In this document: positions 12,130-25,785 of the stretch, one piece after another
Position numbering within the stretch: the first letter of the stretch is position 1
Layout of the letters: every line of letters starts with the position of its first letter
DNA from: Octopus sinensis
Lineage: Eukaryota
Direction of reading: 5' to 3'
DNA length: 64,000 nucleotides
Assembly: GCF_006345805.1 (NCBI RefSeq)
Contig: NC_043009.1
Location: 28,272,001-28,336,000, forward strand
Made by a program: the position numbers and the translations under genes
The notes under the pieces: model-generated
Database searches by the model: none
What the model was told of the DNA's origin: nothing
What the model saw: only the letters and a program-made list of their open reading frames with translations

Positions 12130-12910
12130 TATCACAGCACCAATCCCCCCACCACCCCAACCAACACCTACACCTATCGATCATGGCACAACTCCACCAC
12201 TACCACCACCACCACCACCACCACCACCACCACCACGTCCTCCACCACCACCATCATCACCACTGATTGTACCATTGCTTACGCCATTCTACTCCTTTCT
12301 CCCCCACCACCATCACAGCATCGGCAGCACCCCTCCCAACCATCTTCTAGAAAAACACCATCGACCGTGACTCTGCTCCTCCGCCACCAACACCCCATCG
12401 ACCAAGCTGCGTTCCTGTTCCTCCCCCAACACTTGCACCCTCGACCATGTCTTTACCATCCACCTCTAAAACATTATTGATCATGACCCCGTTTCCCCAC
12501 TACTGCCACCCCACCACCACCACCACCACCACCATACCATTTAAATATCCTTCCCTGCCCACCACTAAAACGCCTAGTTTTCCACCCTCCACCGCCAACC
12601 ACATAGAATTTAGTATGTCCCCTGCCACTTCCCCTTCCAAACTATTATCAGCCATGATCCGCTTCCAGCAGCCTCACACTATCAATAATTCCACCATGAC
12701 CACCACCACGGCCACTATCACCACCACTATCACCGCCATCACCACCACTACTGCCATCACCAGGAGACTAATTAAAATATCCTTCCCTGCCCAGTGCTAA
12801 AATACAACCAACCGCCACCAGCACCACCAGTCCCATCACCATCATCATCAACATGCTATCAGCTACCCCTCAGCCCTACTAACACATCACCCTCCCTATG
12901 ACCCTTCTGC
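12130..12910. repeat. C-rich (CCA)n-derived low-complexity region
   Basis: Direct reading; internal repeat atatccttccctgccca near 12545 and 12776. Confidence 0.8.
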
Positions 12911-13106
12911 TCTATCAGTAAACCCCATCTCTATACAAGATACCCTTATTCCAAAATCTACCACAAAGTCACACCCAATAGTGTAATGTGGACCTTGATT
13001 TAGTCAAATCAGAATTAGTGACGGTCATGGTTGGAGCACCTTTGATCATAGATCTGTTTAACCAGGGCTGGAATAACCATTACACAGGAATAACCATTAC
13101 CCTCCC

Positions 13107-13197
13107 GCATGGCACCTTGGTTGTCTTCTACTACAGCCTCGGGCCAACCAAAGCTTTGTGAGTGGATTTGGTAGACGGAAACTGAAAGAAACCCATC

Positions 13198-13251
<54 letters not shown>

Positions 13252-13473
13252 TTGTGTGTGTGTCTGTGTTTGTCCCTGCCACCATTCCTTGACAACTTGG
13301 TGTGTTTACATCCCCGTAACTTAGCAGTTTAGCAAAAAGAGACAGATAGAATTAGTACTAGGCTTACAAAGAATAAGTCCTGGGGTCAATTTCTTTGACT
13401 AAAGGTGGTGCTCCAGCATGGCCACAGTCAAATGACTGAAACAAATAAAAGAGTAAAAGGGTAAGAAAGAGTA
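13107..13473 (+). mobile_element. SINE family A copy, 5'-truncated
   Basis: Body and tail (aaagagtaaaag) match family A. Confidence 0.8.
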
Positions 13474-13550
13474 AATGGCATCAAGCAAAACCCTTCTCCT
13501 CAAAATTGCTGGCCTTGTGCTTATTATTGTTGTTGTCCTTTTTGTTATTA

Positions 13551-13760
13551 AGGTGGTGAGCTGGCAGAATCGTTAGCATGCTGGGCAAAATATTTAGCAG
13601 AATTTCGACCATTGCTCTGTTCTGAGTTCAATTTCCACTGAGGTTGACTTTGCCTTTCATCCTTTCAGGGTCGATAAATAAAGTACCAGCTGTATACTGG
13701 GTTGATTGAATCAACTTTCTCCTCACCTGAACTTAGTGGCCTTGTGCCAAAATTCGAAAT
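13551..13760 (+). mobile_element. SINE family B copy
   Basis: ggtggtgagctggcagaatcgttagc...gagttcaatttcc. Confidence 0.85.
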
Positions 13761-15294
13761 CATTATTATTATTATTATTTTTATTATCATTATTATTGTT
13801 ACACTTACAGATTCATTAGCACACTGGACATTCTGAGTTGAAACACTGCCAAGGTCATTTTTGCCCTTCATCCTTCCAGGAATCATAAATTAAACACCTG
13901 TCAAGTAACTGGGTCAATGTAATCAATCTGCCCCACCTCTCAAAACATTGCTGGCCTTGTGCTAATATTAGAAAGAATAATTGTTGATCAATTTTACTTC
14001 TCATCATTTCAATGTCGACAAAATAAATACCAGCTGTATACTAGGGTCAATAAAATTGACTAGCATCTTTCCTCCAAATATCAGGCCTTGTGCCTATATA
14101 AATGGCAATATTTATCAATATTAATAATCTTTGTTTGTTATGAAATGATATCACACTGCAAGAAGTTTTGGATTATTAACAAGTTTTTTCTGGATAAAAC
14201 ATTCTTTTTGTTTGGTTTATATTACAAACAGAATATGTTGGTTGTTTGGATGTTTGAGCATTTAGCTTCCATACTGAGGTGAGAGGGGGTGTTGTTTTAA
14301 ACACCACTTTTATTCTTTTTAACAATTCTCTTTGGTTTACATTAATTTTTTCAATATGGCTTCTTCTACCAGAGAAGTCAGAGTTAGTGAGAAGAAAGGG
14401 AGTAGCACTGAATTTACTGTTTCGAAATAATACAGTTATTAAAGCTGGAATATTCTAAGATAAATTTTTTTAGAATAGGCAAAATTAAGAGAAAATAAAG
14501 AAGAAAATGGAAAAAAAAACCCCAGAGTTATAATTCAATAAATAAAAACGTAAGTTTGAATTACAAATAAATGCAACAAAAACAAAGACACCAATAGCAA
14601 CAATGAATACTTGCCCATCAGTACTCATGTTGTCAAATGGAAAAAGTAACAAAAAAAAGCAAGAATAGTTTTAATCTCATTCATGCTGTCAGTAACAGCC
14701 AGATTTACAAGAACCTCCTAGCTGAGAGGAAAAAAGTCTACTTGGCAAAGTTTTGTATCAAAAACAGATACTTCTTTGCCAGAGTCCCTCTTTCAAGAAT
14801 GACACAGGAGGAAGATTATTAACTTTCACATCACAAGTGAAGTAGGTTCTCTTATACTCTAAAAACAGCTCTTAGAGATAATGCATAAGTCAATATCTTT
14901 ACTATCAGCCAAGGAGAGGGTTACAGATGTGAATGTTTAGTTTTAAAACTGATGGTGAATGGAATAATAACTCAAATTGTTATGTTTCATGTCTGGCAAT
15001 ATCCTGCTGCTTCAAAACTTCCATTGTCATTTTTTACACTTCTTTCAGCATCTCTTTCTCTATCTTTTACTCTCATTCTCTCCTTTCGCTACTTATTCCT
15101 TCTCTCTATTTTACTTCCATTCTCTCTTTCTCATCACCAAATTACTTTAATGTTACACACACACATGTATGCATATATATAAACATACATATACATATAT
15201 ACATGCATACATAAAAATGTGTGTGTATAAACATATATATGTATACATGTATATATTGATATATATATATACATATATGTGTACATATATATAC

Positions 15295-15345
<51 letters not shown>

Positions 15346-15455
15346 CATACGTACATAAATACATACCTACATACATACATACGTACATAAATACATACCA
15401 ACATACATATATACATACAGATATACATACATACATATATATATACATATATATT

Positions 15456-15486
<31 letters not shown>

Positions 15487-15712
15487 TATAAACTTAAAGC
15501 TTATAGCGATCACTGCAACTAAGGAAAATAATCTAATAAAGGGGCATAGAAGCCCTTGACAGAAAAAATTAGACTTTCCTGCACACACGGGACACAAACT
15601 TACATCCTTTTGTTAACGTGACTAAGTATGTTACTGATGGCTTATATGTCCCATTATTAGACTATTTTCTTTAGTCATTTGCACAATGATTGCTATAAGC
15701 TTTAAGCTTATA
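15487..15712. repeat. Degenerate fold-back element, ~65-75-bp inverted arms
   Basis: ataacttaaagcttatagcgatca...ctaaggaaaataatctaataa versus ttattagactattttctttag...tgattgctataagctttaagcttat. Confidence 0.75.
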
Positions 15713-16202
15713 AAAAAATACCATTATTATTATTTACAGAATTGGAAAACAAGACACTTCTTAACAAAACCATTTGCACTGAAAGGATATATATATATTT
15801 ATTGTGTCATTATCAATTTTTAACATCTGATTTCCATGCTGGCCAAGGCTGAACAATTTGACAGTAGCTGGCAAGTCAGAAACTGCACCAAGCTCTTCTT
15901 TCTGCTCTGGCAAAGTTTCTACTGCAGGATGCCCTTTCTTCATTGGGTGCTTTTTATGTGGCACCAGCAGGCAAGAATCCTCAAGTAAGTGGCAGGAATA
16001 GTAGTGAGGAAGGTGACTTTGTGCCTGATTAATGTATCAGTAGAGAGATGGAAATAGATGTCTTGCAGTAATGAAGGGACATGACCATCTCAGCAAGGGA
16101 GAGAGATAGAGAGAGATAGGAGGGAGTGAAAAGTGAAAGGGAAGGTAATATATACATATGTATATGGATATATATATATCTATGTATATACATATATGTA
16201 TG

Positions 16203-16244
<42 letters not shown>

Positions 16245-16249
<5 letters not shown>

Positions 16250-16450
16250 GTAAAATAATATGTGACAATTATTCGGAAGCCAAGATAAAACTCTGAGTTT
16301 CAGATGCTTAGGTGGAAATCCACACCACCATCTCTTCGGTTAGATGGCTAGATAACCGAAGGGATAGTGGTGTGGATTTCCACCTCGGCATCCGAAACTC
16401 AGAGTTTTATCTTGGCTACCGAATAACTGTCACATATTATTTTACAGATA
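16245..16450. repeat. Long near-perfect palindrome (98-bp arms, 10-nt loop)
   Basis: 16245-16342 is the reverse complement of 16353-16450 with about 7 mismatches. Confidence 0.95.
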
Positions 16451-16719
16451 AATTCCTCTATTTACATAATATTGAGGTTTCCTTCCTTCTTTTGTTATCT
16501 TGCCGTTTTTACCAATATGCGCGTATATGTATATATATAAATATATTCATTTACTTGTTTCAGTCATTTGACTTGAATGTGGCCATGCTGGAGCATCAGC
16601 TTGGTGCACACACACACATATCATAAGAGTAGAAATTAATATTATTAAATAATATCAATTTCAACCAGTGTTCAGCATACTAAAAAAACGTATAAGAACT
16701 GTGAATTATATTTAAATAT

Positions 16720-16760
<41 letters not shown>

Positions 16761-19700
16761 GGTTTATCCTTTGTGAGTGCTATGTAAAATGCACTTGTGC
16801 AGTAGCTACATAAATGCACCCATGCTAGTGGCATGTAAAAGCACCCAGCACACTTTGTAAAGTGGTTGGCACTAGGATGGGCACTAAGCTGTAGAAACCA
16901 TGCCAAAGCAGACAATTTGGTGCCTGGCCAGTTCCTGTCAAACTGTCCAGCCCATGCTAGCATGGAAAATAGTCATTAAATGTTGATAATGATGATGATG
17001 AGATATATATATATATATATATCTTTCTTTCTCTGTCTTTCTCTCTCTCTTTATATATGTATGCACACACACACACACCACACACACACATATATATTCT
17101 TTCTTTCCAAAATAATTCTCACTCTTCTGTCTCCTCTTCGTTTCCTCACAATTCTCACTAGCACTTTCCATCTTTTTTACTTTCTTTTCTCTTCTTTCTT
17201 TCTTTCTTTCTTCCTTTCTTTCTTTCCTTCTTTCTTTCTTCCTTTCTTTTTTCTCTTTCTCTCCCTATTGATTTTCACTACTCCTCCCCTCTCTAATCTC
17301 TCTTACTCTCTAATTCTCTAATTCTCCCCTATTCTACTCCCTTTCTGCTTACTATTCTCTACATTTCCTCCTCTTCCACACCCCTCCACTCCCCCACCCT
17401 CTGCTTGGGTTCTTGATTTATTGTCAAACAAGGCAATGTTATAAAAGTTGATCCTCTTTCAGGTGGAAATAATTGTGAAGTTCTGAAACTCAAGCGATAT
17501 ATTAAACACACACACACACACATACACAGTCACATACACTGACACACAGATATACACATACATATATGATATATATTACATGTATATATACACACACACA
17601 CACACACATATATATGTATATGTATGTATATATATGTATATATATATATAGACATATATATATGTATATATATATATATAGACATATATATATGTATATA
17701 TATATTCTCACAACAAGCACACACATGCTTATATAGAGAAATACGTATAATTTCTCTCTCTCTCTTTCACACACACACACACACATACACACATACAGAC
17801 TCAAATACACACACATATTCACTTACATACATTACTATGCACTTAAATATTTATATTCGCACACACACATTTGCATACAAATGCCTATACAGTCATACAC
17901 ATATACACACTCTTGAGTACATACAAACACACACACACACACACATACACAACTAGTGCTTCCACCATTGTTATTTCTTTTTTTACAATAAATATTCCTC
18001 CCAGCTCCACCAAACTGTTATATCAGGCAAAATCTGGGAATAAGTAAAGGGTTTAAAAAACATGATCACATCATTGTTTTCCCTTTCTTTCACTGTTTTT
18101 GCCATTTTTCAGACTTCTTAGGAATTAAATATTTTACCCTAGGCCACAGCTAAAACTACCCATCATGGTTTTCCTCATAGTTCCAACATCCACTCACTCA
18201 TCATTGCATGAGTTGGATGGAATTTGTTGGAAAAAGTTTCTGGTGGATGGATGCCCTTCCTGTCCCCAACTTTTGCCTGTTGCTAAGTGAAGGTGATACT
18301 TTCCCATGACTGGACATATTTTTTTGTAAATGAAGATCATGCTACTTGCATTACTGTGACACTTGTTTATAGCTATCATGTAAAGGCAATGAGATGGTAA
18401 CACATACACACTCATACATGTGTGCATGTTTGTGTGTCTGTGTGTGTCATCTCACACACAACAGCACATAAACAGTCACATATTTCATTCCATAATGGAT
18501 ACCTCTGAAGAGCACAGGGGTACGTAATCGGAGTGTTGCCTAACATTTCTTTGAATCCCTAGCATGAAACCAATTGGTAAGATCAGACACAATGGATATA
18601 CGATACTGTGCACTTTCTCTCTTATCCTATCTCCAAATCTTTTCCTCTCCCCTTCACAGTTCTTTGTCTGTCACTTTCTCTCCCTCACTCTTCCTCCTTC
18701 GCTCATTTGGATCCCACATGACCATCGGCCATTTTTCTTTCTTCTCCTAACTTGTGTTTCATTCATTCTTCCTGTTGCAGCTGGACAAGGAAGACATATT
18801 CTTGTCTGTCTCCTGTCCAAGCTTGTTTCTTTGCACTTGCCACCACAACCTCATTTAGGCTTAGCAGCCCTTCCAGTTTGTTTTCACTGTTCTGTTTTTG
18901 TCACCAATTTTGACCCTCCGCAAAATCCCCAATATTATTTAATTTGCTTTGCAGGAGAAACTGTTTTATTGAAGGTATATCTGTTGTGAATTGCTCGAAA
19001 TATGGATTAGAAAAACAGCCGACAACTGATGAAGGGTCGTTCTTTGTGTTGCTTGTCTCATTTTCCATTTGTTTCTTTCGTTGTTCACAAAAAATTTCAT
19101 ATTCCATGTCCTCGTACTTCATATTTTTTGTTGTTTACATTTTGTGATGTCCTGTACCCACATATGCATATGTATATACGTATACATGTAAGTATGTATG
19201 TATATATGCATATATGTATATATATATATTATTTATGACTCAAGGTGCCACACTAGAACTGAAACTGGAACCATACACTTCCAATGCAGGCTTCTTACCA
19301 CAAAGCTTTACCTGTTTCAATTAATTTTGAAAACAATGAAATATTTAATAAAAACAAAACTTGATCATTATTAAAGGTATGTTGCTATATAAATTAACCT
19401 GGAATTTTAATTGAAAGTTTTAATTTAGATCACTTTAACCTTTCTGTTATCACATTTCTGATGAAATACACTCTCTTTATTGAAAATAGTGAAAGATATT
19501 TAGTAAAATAACATTGTCATTATTAAGATGTTTAAAACATCTGATATTGTCCCTTCTACATGCATGCTCACATGTATATCCTGACTTCTACACTGTTCAC
19601 TTTCCTGACTTTTGTACATAATCCTATGTACTCTACATGAACCTTTGATGAGTTGTAGTGCACCTGAGCACTATACACAATAATTTCATCATTATATAAA

Positions 19701-19870
19701 TTAATGTGAAATTTTGATAGAAAAATAAACTTAGACAACATTAAGACAGTATGTTTGTATTATAGAAACAAGAGTAGTCCAAGAAAGATTGCTAACAAGA
19801 GGCTTAAACTATTTTCTCAAAGTTCCTTATGGTGGTAAGGAATGGTAAAATAAATCCCAAAGAAATTTAA

Positions 19871-20067
19871 CACTTTAGTATTTAAACTGGCCATATCCAG
19901 CCCAAATCTTCCACCTGTTTTCTTTTCAAACCAGCCATATCCTGCCTTTCACATCTACCCTACAATGTCACTTTAGAAATAGACCATCAAAATCTCAAAG
20001 CTAGAAGTTAATGCAATAGTATTTCAAAATATGCTTTACATTTGACAATATTCTGAATGCCAAAGGG
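19871..20067. mobile_element. piggyBac-like MITE
   Basis: TTAA at 19867-19870 and 20068-20071 flank cactttag...ccaaaggg, a degenerate CCCTTT-type TIR. Confidence 0.55.
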
Positions 20068-20625
20068 TTAAACTCATTGAGTTAGTGCCATGAAGGCTAA
20101 ATTCCCCTCATCAGATTCTGTCAATATTTTCCTTGACACCAACAAAAATAATACTGGAAAATAAAGAATTTAGCCCAAATAGAGTTAAATAGAGATCATA
20201 TTTATATTTATTTTTTTCGGTAGAATATGTGTTGGTGTATCGTTTTTGCAGCATTTCTTGATGCTTGTGTGAGGGGAAGATGATGGGGATGACAACAATG
20301 GTAAACAGTGGGTGGACATTAATAGATGGTCCAGAACTGGACATTTTGTTCCGGTTGGAAGGAGAAAATTTGAAAATTGGTGATATGGTGATCATTACAA
20401 TAAATCTGTTGTGTATATTTTTCAATTTGGAAATTAGATTTTCAGGGGTGGGGGTGAGGGATGGTGGGGGTGGGGAATAGATAAAGTAAACAAATACAAT
20501 GGAATACAGCCATAAAACAAAAACAAAAAACATGTAAACACACACATCAATATTTCTATCTCTCCCTCTTCTCCCTCGCTCTCTTCTGCCACTCTATCTA
20601 TATATTATATATATGTGTGTGTATG

Positions 20626-20665
<40 letters not shown>

Positions 20666-21824
20666 CACTCACAGACACACACACATATATATACATGCTC
20701 ATATAAGTATATATGTATATTAATACACATATATGCTCATATGAATATACATACATATATACGCATATATGTAAATATATATGTATATATACATACATGC
20801 ATACATATATATATATATTTATATATATATAATACATATATATGTATGTACAGATACATATGCAAAGATATATACATATGTATATGTATATATGCATGTA
20901 TACACACACAAATACGCACACTCATATACATATACATACTAATACAGAGTAAGGAAGAAAAGGAGAGAGAGAGGGAGAGAGCAAAAGACAAACGGACAAA
21001 GAGAGAAACATTTAGAACTGAAACCCAAATAAAATATGAAATAGTCTCATTGAAAAACTGGGCGGAACACAAAGTTTATGATGAAGGAATAAGAAGTAGT
21101 AAGTAAAATTAGATTTCTAAACATAAATCTCATGTTATTATAGCAGATATAGTCATGGCGAACTCACAGTATTTCACAAAGAATGGATAATAAAAACCAT
21201 AAACATTGGGTGAATTTGATATTTCAAGAGTTGAGCAAATATATTTATCAACAAATACAAACAAACTTGCTTCTTGTGCAAACATACGACTAATATAAAA
21301 CAAATATACATAAATATATAACAATCAGGAAATTATAGATTGACATTGCACAAACATTTGATACACATATGCAAGTGTGTGTATGCACATTGATACATAC
21401 ATATAAATTACATACATTTATATAGCCTGTCGTATATATGTGTGTATGTGTGTGTGTCTGTGTGTGTATATTTGTGCATCTGTGTTTGTCCGCCCACCGT
21501 CGCTTGACAACTGATGTTGGTGTGTTAACATCCCCAAAACTCAGCAGTTCAGCAAAAGAAACTGATAGAATAAATACCAGGCTTACAAAGAATAAGTCCT
21601 GGGTTCGATTTGTTCGACTAAAGGCAGAGCTCCAGCATGGCTGCAGTCAAATGACTGAAATAAGTAAAAGAGTAAAAGAATATATTTATGTATATGTATA
21701 TCAATATATATATATGTAAATACATATATATTTGTATATATGCATTTACATATATGGCTTTTTCACTACAAAGCTTACAAAACGTGAAGTCAAAGCTGAG
21801 CCATACTGTTGTCAGCTTTGTCAT

Positions 21825-22060
21825 CATCATCATTTAACGTCCGTTGTCCATGCTGGTATGAGCTGGATGGTTTGACCAGAGCTGGCATGCTGGAGAGCTG
21901 CAATAGGCTCCAGTCTGATTTGGCATGGTTTCTATGGCTGGATGCCCTTCGTAATGTCAACCACTTTACAGAATATTCTGAGTGCTTTGGCATAGCACCA
22001 CACTTTGGCAAGAGCACTTTTGGCAAGGCACCAGATTGCGCGCTTTTTACATGGCACCAT
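21825..22060 (-). mobile_element. Repeat family D copy
   Basis: catcatcatttaacgtccgtt...ccatgctgg...ggatgcccttc. Confidence 0.75.
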
Positions 22061-22939
22061 AATAAAATACATTTTTGTTTCCACAATACACTGACATATC
22101 TGTGACGTCAGATACAGTGATGTGGCAATTGAAGAAGTATCACAAATATATCAAAATATGAAGCAGATGTCATGCAAACCGAGATAGAGTTTTGCACAGA
22201 AACCAAGAGAAAATGTGACTTGATATTGGTTGAGGTTTAACCTATTTATGGTGAAAACCAAATGTATCCTCTCAAAATCTCATTACCCTCACCTGCAGAG
22301 AGCAGTTGCGTGTATATCAACTTATCTTTTGTTGAGGAATATCATGTTTGAAACCATTTTGCATTGAGATATGCGAAGTTTTTGTCAAGTTTATTGAGAC
22401 TTGCAGAAAATGCCAATTCTATTGTTTTTGGTAGACATTCAACATCATTATTGGAATAACCAAAAAATTTAATTTTGCAGTAAAAATGTTAAAGAAAATA
22501 TTGTGAAATATCTGAAGACAGCTTGGAGTAGGAATACGAAAATTGGTGAAGGAAGAGCTGAAGCTGTTGGTTCTCAAAAATGAGTTGATGTAAATTTGGA
22601 AAAAAGGGTTTTGGGTTGTATGTTAGGGGGTTACTGAATCATGTCAGTTTGAGAGAGAGAGAGAGAGAGAAATATATTAAAATGAAATGAAACAAAGACT
22701 ATAATGGTGACGACAATGCTGCTGTTGTTGTTAAGCAACAAGATGGGTAAGGGTGATTAGGTGATGGTCTAGGGCTTAGAGGTGGGAGACCCCAAAACTT
22801 GGGAAAAAAAGGAAAAAACTTTGGTCGTCCTGTTGTAGTTGACGGCTCTTCGTTGACACCCGACACCACTGGGAGGTGGCCCTCGAAGTCGCTGGAAACG
22901 GAGATCTCCAGGTCAACATTCTTGAATGGCTGTTGCTGC

Positions 22940-24021
22940 TGCTGACGATGCTGATGTTAAAAGTGGGGATGATGTTGATGATAATAATGATGATGATGGT
23001 AATGGAGATGAAGATGATGATGATGATGATGATGATGATTATGATGATATGATGATAATGATAATGATAATGATGATGACAGTAGTGGTGTTGTGGTGGT
23101 GGTGATAATGATGATGACAATGATGGTGATAATGGCATTGATGATAATGACGAAGTGGCTGCTGTTGTTGCTGAGAATGATATTGATGATGTCAAACACA
23201 ACGATGATGATGACAATGGTAGTGATGATGATGATGACGATGATGATGATGATGATGATGACAATGATAATGAGGATGATGATGATGGTGATGGTCATAA
23301 TGATAATTATGATGATGATGATAATGATGCTGATACTGTTGCTGCTACTGACGATGATGATGATGGTGATACTGTTTATTCCTCATCTGCATTAAATGCT
23401 TGTCTAAATTGGAATCAGTGTTGACAGTTTTCCATTTTGACAGACAAAGGTAACATCATTTTATCATGTTTCGAAATGACTTCGTTTGTTCTTTCTTCTC
23501 CTAATTTATTGAGATGAGGAACGATGGAGACAGCGGTTGCCTGAATGGAGATTCTTTCATTTCAAAGGTGTTTGGGTACAGACAAAGTTATGAAGCCAAA
23601 AACCATGTCTTACTCTCAGAACTAAACTAAATATATAAATATTTGGATGAGAGGGCTTGACCGAGAAATTTGTGAGAAATTATAGTTAGTGAAGGTTCTG
23701 ATCAAGAAGTGAAATGAGATGATGGTGATGAAAATGATGATGATGATATAATAGATGCTGATGATGAAGATGATGGTGATGGCAACAATGAAGATGATGA
23801 TGAGAAGGTTGATGATGGTTATGATGATGATGACAACAACGATGTTAATGCTAACAATAACGTTGGCGATGATGACAAGACTAGATTTGATGATGACAGT
23901 GATGACAATGGTGATGAAAATGATGATGGCGGTGATGATGATGATGACGAAGATGATGATGGTGATGATGAAGATGATGACATCATAGATGTTGATGATG
24001 AAGATGATGGTAACGGCAACA

Positions 24022-24052
<31 letters not shown>

Positions 24053-24168
24053 CAACGATGGTGATAATGATAAGAATGTTGATGTTGATGATGATGATGA
24101 TGACAACAATGGTGATGATGCCAATGATGACGATGGGGATGAAAATGATAACGGTAATGATGATAATG

Positions 24169-24199
<31 letters not shown>

Positions 24200-24301
24200 C
24201 AACAACGACGATGATGCTAACAATGACAATGGTGATGATGACAACACTTGATGTTGATCATGACAATGATGAAGATGGTGATGAAAAGGATGATGGCGGT
24301 A

Positions 24302-24369
<68 letters not shown>

Positions 24370-24870
24370 AATGATGTTGATGGTGATGATGATGATGACA
24401 ATGATGTTGATGATGATGGTGGTGATGATGATGATGATGATGATGACAGCAACGATGATGATGCTAATAATGATGTTGATGGTGATGATGATGACAATGA
24501 TGTTGATGATGACAATGATGACTGATGAAAATGATGATGATGATGTTGTTGATGATGATGATGATGATGATGATGTTGATGATGAAGATGATGATGGTGG
24601 TGATGATGATGATGATGATGATGATGACAGCAACGATGATGACGCTAATAATGACAATGGTGATGATGACAACACTAGATGTTGATGATGACAATGATGA
24701 CTGATGAAAATGATGATGGCAATGATGATGATTATGATGATATTGTTGATGATGATGATGATGTTGATGATGATGATGATGATGATTATTATGATGATGA
24801 TGATGGAGATGCTGCTGCTGATGATGGTGGTGATGATGATGATGATGATGAAGATGATGATGGGGATGAA
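22940..24870. repeat. Large imperfect (GAT)n arrays (22940-23370, 23720-24870) with higher-order duplications
   Basis: Direct reading; frames are broken by stops. Confidence 0.95.
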
Positions 24871-25584
24871 GACAATAATTATGGCTCTGTCGACATCAAA
24901 GAAGCTGAAATGATTACACTGAGAAAAAGGATACGAAATAATAGTTAATGTTATAGTTAAATGGTAAATATATTAAACCATTAATATTCTAGTTAAGTGA
25001 TAAATGTATGATATTAATACTAGCGAAAGTTATTATTGTATTGATATTTTCGTTAAGTAGTAAACGAATTACTATATAAATGTCGTACTTCAGTTTGTGA
25101 ATGCATTTTTCAATGCTTTGAACTTCTAAAAATATGAATAGTTTTTAGAAAAATAAACACTCGATGTTTCAAGGGTGTAATTTGCCAGGCAAACGATTGG
25201 CTCTAAGACGATGTGTTGAGGCTAAGACAATTACAGCATGAAAGGAATATATTTGCCATTCAAAAACATGCAAAGACTGCATCAATCATCAATCATCAAT
25301 CAGTCATCAACATTTGATATTTGTTTCCCATGCTGTCATGGGTTGGAAAGCTTGACAGGAACTGCCAAGGAGAAGGGCCACGCCAGCTTCCATAATTTGT
25401 TTTGGCTTGGTTTTGACAGCTGGATGCCCTTCCTAATGCCAACCACTGAGTGCATTGGGTCCCTTTTTTTGAGATGGTACCATCATCAGTGCTTCTTATG
25501 TGGTACCAGCACCAGTGCTTTTTATGTGGGACCATCGATTCTACTGATCAGAAGGAGAATGGTCATAATACTCCTTTCTACTAA

Positions 25585-25785
25585 AGGCACAAGGCCTGAA
25601 ATTTTGGATTAGGGGACTAGTTGATTACATCGACACCAGTGTTTCACTGGTATTTAATTTATTGACTCTGAAAAGATGAAAGGCAAAGTCGACCCGAGCG
25701 GAGTTTGAACTCAGAACATAAAGACATGAAATACTGCTAAGCATTTTACATGGTATGCTAATGATTCTGTCAGCTCGCTGCCTTA
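25585..25785 (-). mobile_element. SINE family B copy
   Basis: Reverse complement of the family B head and body. Confidence 0.8.

Noticed and set aside
18480-19122. Minus-strand frame MKYEDMEYEIF... continuing through several stops
   Set aside because: It looks protein-like, but it has multiple stops, no recognisable family and no convincing splice sites.
21015-21098. Plus-strand exon candidate TETQIKYEIVSLKNWAEHKVYDEGIRS with a GTAAGT donor
   Set aside because: The acceptor lacks a pyrimidine tract, and the implied intron to the next candidate would be only 45-48 nt.
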